From Octopus vulgaris (lineage: Eukaryota), in assembly GCA_951406725.2 (NCBI GenBank), contig OX597830.1, positions 48,546,001 to 48,610,000 on the forward strand: a stretch of DNA of 64,000 nucleotides, written 5' to 3'. The position numbers were made by a program, and so were the translations under genes. The number at the start of each line of letters is the position of its first letter. Position 1 is the first letter of the stretch. Below the pieces are notes generated by a model, which saw only the letters and a program-made list of their open reading frames with translations, did not search any database and was not told where the DNA came from. This document shows, piece by piece, positions 59,268 to 64,000 of the stretch.

Positions 59268-59680
59268 CGAGTCTATTCTGTTTTTATATATTTATGCGTG
59301 TGGAATGTAGATATAACAAAAACAATGTCGCATTTTAAACTTGAGAAAATCCTAGCATATTTGTTCTTACCTGCTTCATTTGTGTATGTAAAATCCGTAG
59401 ATTTCCAAGAAGAAAACTAGATCAATGTCGAAAAAAACCATATTAGTTATAACAGTCCATGTGGTTTTATTTTTTTAACAACCAAAGAGCGCCGAAATAT
59501 TGCAACATGCATCAAAGAGCCGAAATATTGTAACACGCATGGAGAAAAGAAAGAAATGGAAATTAACATTACTGATTAAAGGAAATGCGAAAGAAAGAAA
59601 TATGACATTGATTTCTTTTAATTTTAAAGCTAAATTAAACAAGATCTGTGGGACTATACGAGAACACCCTCGCACGCACG

Positions 59681-59713
<33 letters not shown>

Positions 59714-59796
59714 AAGAACAAACGCGCGCACATACATACACACAAGAACAAGAACACTCACACACAAAAAGAACACACAAAAATGAGGCAATAAAC

Positions 59797-60684
59797 GGAT
59801 CTTTTCAATTCTGAAGCCAGTTTTTTCAAATTTTTCCTACTGAACCAAACAATTTGAAACTTCGTATACTGGTAGAATGTGTCAAAAGTAAACTTAATTG
59901 TAAACCAGAATGAAAACGGAATTGTAACTTCTAAGTTTAACGTTGTTTAATAATTAGAATTTTAACCAATGATATTCCGTCATTCGGCTTTATTTTATTT
60001 ACTCCGTCTCGACCACCAATTTGGTGACGTATTAAACATCTTAAATGTAAACAAGCCGCATGTCTCCGTGAAATCTCCTTCTAATTATTTAACGTACTCA
60101 TGTTTCCAGGATCCTATAGTCAGCCACCTTCTAATAACAATATTTAAAACTAGTTAATAAGCCACATGTATTAAATTGAAAATGTTTCCATTCTGTTAGT
60201 ACTTGCTTTCGTTTGCTATTAAGAAGTGGCATCTCAGTGACGAGGCTTCTAACAAGATTTCGTTTCTAAGCTAATGCGTTTCATTTCACTTATTGTATTT
60301 ATTTGTGCAAAAGGCAAGAAATTTAATATTAAAAAAGCAAAGAGCTGGCAGAAACGTTAGCACGCCGGGCGAAATGCGTAGCCGTATTTCGTCTGCCGTT
60401 ACGTTCTGTGTTTGTTTACAGTTTTCCGAACGTTAGTACGTCACAAAAGCGCTTTCTACGTCACACTAATAGAATGCAGTCAAGTTTTACACATGAAAAC
60501 AAACAATCTGATTGGTTAAAATTCGCAGTTTTAATCTACGATTAAAGTCATAAAATAGATTTTTCTCAAATAAACTAGTTCCAACCTGTGTCTTGTTTTG
60601 CTAGACTCTATCAGCATACGAAGTTTCAGAATATTTAGTTAAGTAGAAAGATCTGTGGTCCTGGCTTCAGAATTGAAAAGATCC
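59797..60684. mobile_element. Non-autonomous DNA transposon with 24-bp TIR and 8-bp TSD (Merlin-like)
   Basis: GGATCTTTTCAATTCTGAAGCCAG / CTGGCTTCAGAATTGAAAAGATCC; CAATAAAC at 59789-59796 and 60685-60692; SINE A head at 60342-60410. Confidence 0.85.
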
Positions 60685-60692
60685 CAATAAAC

Positions 60693-61944
60693 CTCTTACC
60701 CAAACTGTGACAGCAAGTCTCTTCAAGCATCCCCTGTCAATTCTCTTGCCGCCTGCAGGTAATCCCGCAGCTGCAATTCGAGTCTCCAAAAGAGATAATT
60801 GTAATATTTCTTCGAACATGACTCCACTATTCGAAAGAAATCTTTCTTTCACCACCAGCGCCGCCATCTGCGGCGGCCAGTACTGATTTTCAGTACAGGC
60901 CGATTCCATCAGGTCCTGACTTACAAGACAATTCATTACAAAGTTGTCAACAACTCCTCCCTTAAGACAGGATACCACATATTCTTTACTTTCACAGGGA
61001 AGATCTTCATCTTCCTCCGTCGGTGGCACGATTCCCACCGAAGAGGCCTCGGGTCATGCCGGCAGTACATTGCACACCTCCGGCACTGTCCCATTCTTAT
61101 TTTCCTTTTCCTTTTTATTTTTGGTGCGGGAGGGGTTGGCTCCTTCACCATAACCGCAGGAACATCGCCTCCTCCCGCAACCTTGGGATCCCTCGGAGAG
61201 CAACCATTGTTGCTCCCCTTCTTCCTTTTTCTCCCATTTTTTCCGGGGGAGGTCACTCCCTCTTCCTCCATCTCTCCTTCTGGAGGAGGAGGGGGGTTCT
61301 TCCGCAACTAACTGCTCCAGGACACTGCTCTGGTCCTAGGGACAGTTCTTCTTAATGTGGCCAGGCTCCATGCACTGATGACACTTGGGGGCGTCCCTCA
61401 AGAATCACTGGATACCTGTACCCGGCCATCCTCAAAAATCTGGAAACTCCAGATCATCGGCTGATTGGGTCCACAGGGTCAAAACTGCTTTTGACTCCAC
61501 CCACTCAGCCGCAGGCAACATTTTAACATTTAAGAGCTTGGCTCCGTTTCCAACCAGACGCCGGCGGATAGTGACCTCTATCCACTCGGGCTCTATTCCG
61601 GGTGGCAGCCCACACACCCAAGCTCTTGTCAATTTCCTCCCTCGATATGTGGGATGAAACAGGATTTTCCCCCCTTCCAGGGGCTGACTCGCAAAAATGC
61701 GAGCCTCCTCAGGGGTGTCAAATAGCAACCACACTGTTGTATATTTGACACCCCTTGCAATAAACTTGATAGTTGGGAGGTATTCTGCCAAATCTTTCTC
61801 AATGTCCACTTGAGAGAACACAGTGATGGTGTCGGGGGACTTGGAATATGTCCTCAACACCACCGTTCTCTCATTAAAGTCCTTTACCCACTGCTTGGAG
61901 GGCACAATTTCCCACTCCAAGGCAGTATTTTTACTTTTTGCCAT
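60693..61944 (-). pseudogene. Frameshifted gag-like ORF1 of an L1/Tx1-type non-LTR element
   Basis: ATG at 61944; RRM-like ...TRAWVCGLPPGIEPEWI; CCHC knuckle CHQCMEPGHIKKNC at 61342-61383; Pro/Lys-rich linker; interrupted by the TIR element. Confidence 0.75.
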
Positions 61945-62658
61945 GCTTGCAAAAAACACAGGAAAAATGTTCAACACAAAATTTTAAATGTTCAAATAAA
62001 ATGTCCAAAGAAACACAAAGAAAAAACAGAAAGACAGCAGAGGAAAAAAATGAAGGAAGACAGGCACGGCAACACACTTCCGCTACTCAGGTAATCCCGG
62101 TCCACAGATAATTTACAAGAATATTGCTTCACACACATATTCCAGTTCACCGTAGCAGACAAAAAATTCCCCCACGAATGGGTCGAATTTTTCATAAATT
62201 TTTCAAATTTTGGTAGCGGGACACGCCCAGCAAAACAAAACAATTGTCACTGCTGAGAGAGTTACTCAGTGCGACTGCAGCAGACAAATGTCCAGGACCC
62301 AGTGAGGACTTCTTATATGAAAAAAGGTAAAATAAGGTCATACAACAAATTCCCCACCGATTCCCTAAAAAAACAAGTGCCTACCTTGCAGTCGCGGCTC
62401 TTCAACGGTTCTTCGATTCAAGACGGCCACCAACGCACATCCTGACAGTGTTCAATTCAATGAGCAACGAACAAACACATGTAGGTGTGCGGGCGCACAT
62501 GTGTAGGTATGAACAGGCGGCGCTTACGCGAATACTATGAACTTTTACCCCCTTACTTAGTGGTCATTGGAATAGCTCTTTTGTCTTAATAACGGTCAAT
62601 CACACAGTAATTTCCCTTTGTTTAACGATCATTTTTCATAGCATTTTTCCGATGGCCG

Positions 62659-62719
62659 GATAACTGAAGAGATGGTGGCGTTGTTTTCCATCTCGGCATC
62701 CGAAACTCGGAGTTTTATC
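62659..62719 (+). ncRNA. Hammerhead ribozyme motif, intact core
   Basis: GATAA-CTGAAGA-GATG...CATCc-GAAA-CTC-g-GAG-TT-TTATC; (TA)n about 100 nt downstream. Confidence 0.7.
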
Positions 62720-62815
62720 ATGGCTACTGAATAATTGTCACATATTTCAGATAAATTCCTCTATTTACATAATATCGAGGTCTCTTTCTTTCTTTCGTTG
62801 TCTTACCATTTTTAT

Positions 62816-62874
<59 letters not shown>

Positions 62875-62876
<2 letters not shown>

Positions 62877-63035
62877 GCTTTGTTTCAGTTTCCGTCTACC
62901 CAATCGACTCACAAGACTTAGGTCGGACCGAGGCCATAGTAAAAGACACTTGCCCAAGGTGCCATGCAGTGGGACTGAACCAGGTAGCATGTGGTTGGGA
63001 AGCAAACTTCTTACCACACAGCCACACCTGCGCCT
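62875..63035 (-). mobile_element. 5' part of SINE, family B
   Basis: Reverse complement of the head. Confidence 0.8.
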
Positions 63036-63086
63036 ATACAAATCGACATAAACTACACTGATCGAAGAGAATTTTTAGGACTTCAT

Positions 63087-63272
63087 GTTCGGACAGGATG
63101 TTGGTGACAGACATTTTGTCTAGAGACACAGGGGATCGGCTCGCTAGCGATAACCATCAGATTTTGTGCGCGCGCGTGCGTTATGTATACTACTAGCTAA
63201 CAGTTGTTGCTAGCGAACCGAGCCTCTCTCCCATGACAGAAGAACACCGCCACCTACATCCTGTCCTAACAC
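63087..63272. mobile_element. Imperfect palindromic MITE-like element
   Basis: GTTCGGACAGGATGT / ACATCCTGTCCTAAC; inner TCGGCTCGCTAGCGA / TTGCTAGCGAACCGA. Confidence 0.55.
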
Positions 63273-63472
63273 GCTGCCCAAGCAATTCTATGCAGTAACT
63301 GATGTCGCTCCTAAATTGATAACATCATATGATCTGCGTTGACCAACGGCAGTTCTATAGCCGGAAGCCAGCTTGATCTCCTCCTCAATTGGTTCTACGA
63401 ACCTGACGAATTTATTGTTCGTTTGACGAATCTACGAAACTTTAAGTTGCACAGACCCGAATTAATCTAACA

Positions 63473-63526
<54 letters not shown>

Positions 63527-63532
63527 TGTGTG

Positions 63533-63568
<36 letters not shown>

Positions 63569-63600
63569 CAAAATAAGCAACAAGGATATCCAAAGGTAGT

Positions 63601-63686
63601 GTAGTACAATCGTTTCATGCTGCTTCATTTAATTAAACAATGTAAGTATTACATCAGTTTTAAAATGTAGAGCACTCTTCAGCCAC
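63601..63686 (-). ncRNA. Hammerhead ribozyme motif, intact core
   Basis: GTGG-CTGAAGA-GTGCT...AGCAT-GAAA-CGATTG-TA-CTAC; (TA)n about 35 nt downstream. Confidence 0.75.
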
Positions 63687-64000
63687 ATATGGAATTTTAA
63701 AAATTAAATTAACAATGTTCATTTTTACGGTTATTCTATTTGCCAACATTACAAAGAGGGTAGGTATATAGACAGAGAGGTGACATTCATCAATAAAACC
63801 ATGGTAGTAGAAGACCTTTGCTCATGGGCAGATTTTTTATCACTGAGTTCACTTTGTTATTTTGATTTACCAATGGGGAAGGGGTTTTCTATTACGTTCG
63901 GTGGAGACAATCAAGAATTGTTTTTCTATTTATAGATAGAGGAAGGGGCAGTTTAAATGGTAGAGCTAAAAATCCAACCATGTTATGAGGAATTTAACAT

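Overview
AT-rich eukaryotic non-coding DNA, very rich in microsatellites and mobile-element debris. The SINE repertoire (tRNA-headed families, one with a CORE-like segment) and the TA/CA/AAT/GATA load strongly suggest an octopus (cephalopod) genome. I see no credible intact host gene; almost all ORFs in the supplied track are translated microsatellites or SINEs. Recognisable content: several decayed R4/Dong-type LINE fragments in (AAT)n tracts, a CR1/L2-type RT fragment, RTE fragments (one with a ~550-bp inverted duplication), probable Penelope relics, a zinc-knuckle ORF1-only L1/Tx1-like element, about 30 SINE copies or fragments, and piggyBac-, mariner-, Merlin- and Helentron-like non-autonomous elements. 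The most striking signal is a set of about 15 sequence-diverse, minimal type I hammerhead ribozyme motifs (CUGANGA...GAAA-palindrome-UH). They sit in short non-coding cassettes that abut (TA)n tracts, and several lie within long hairpins or inverted repeats. All calls were made by eye, so coordinates may be off by a few bases, and family names are by motif resemblance rather than database search.
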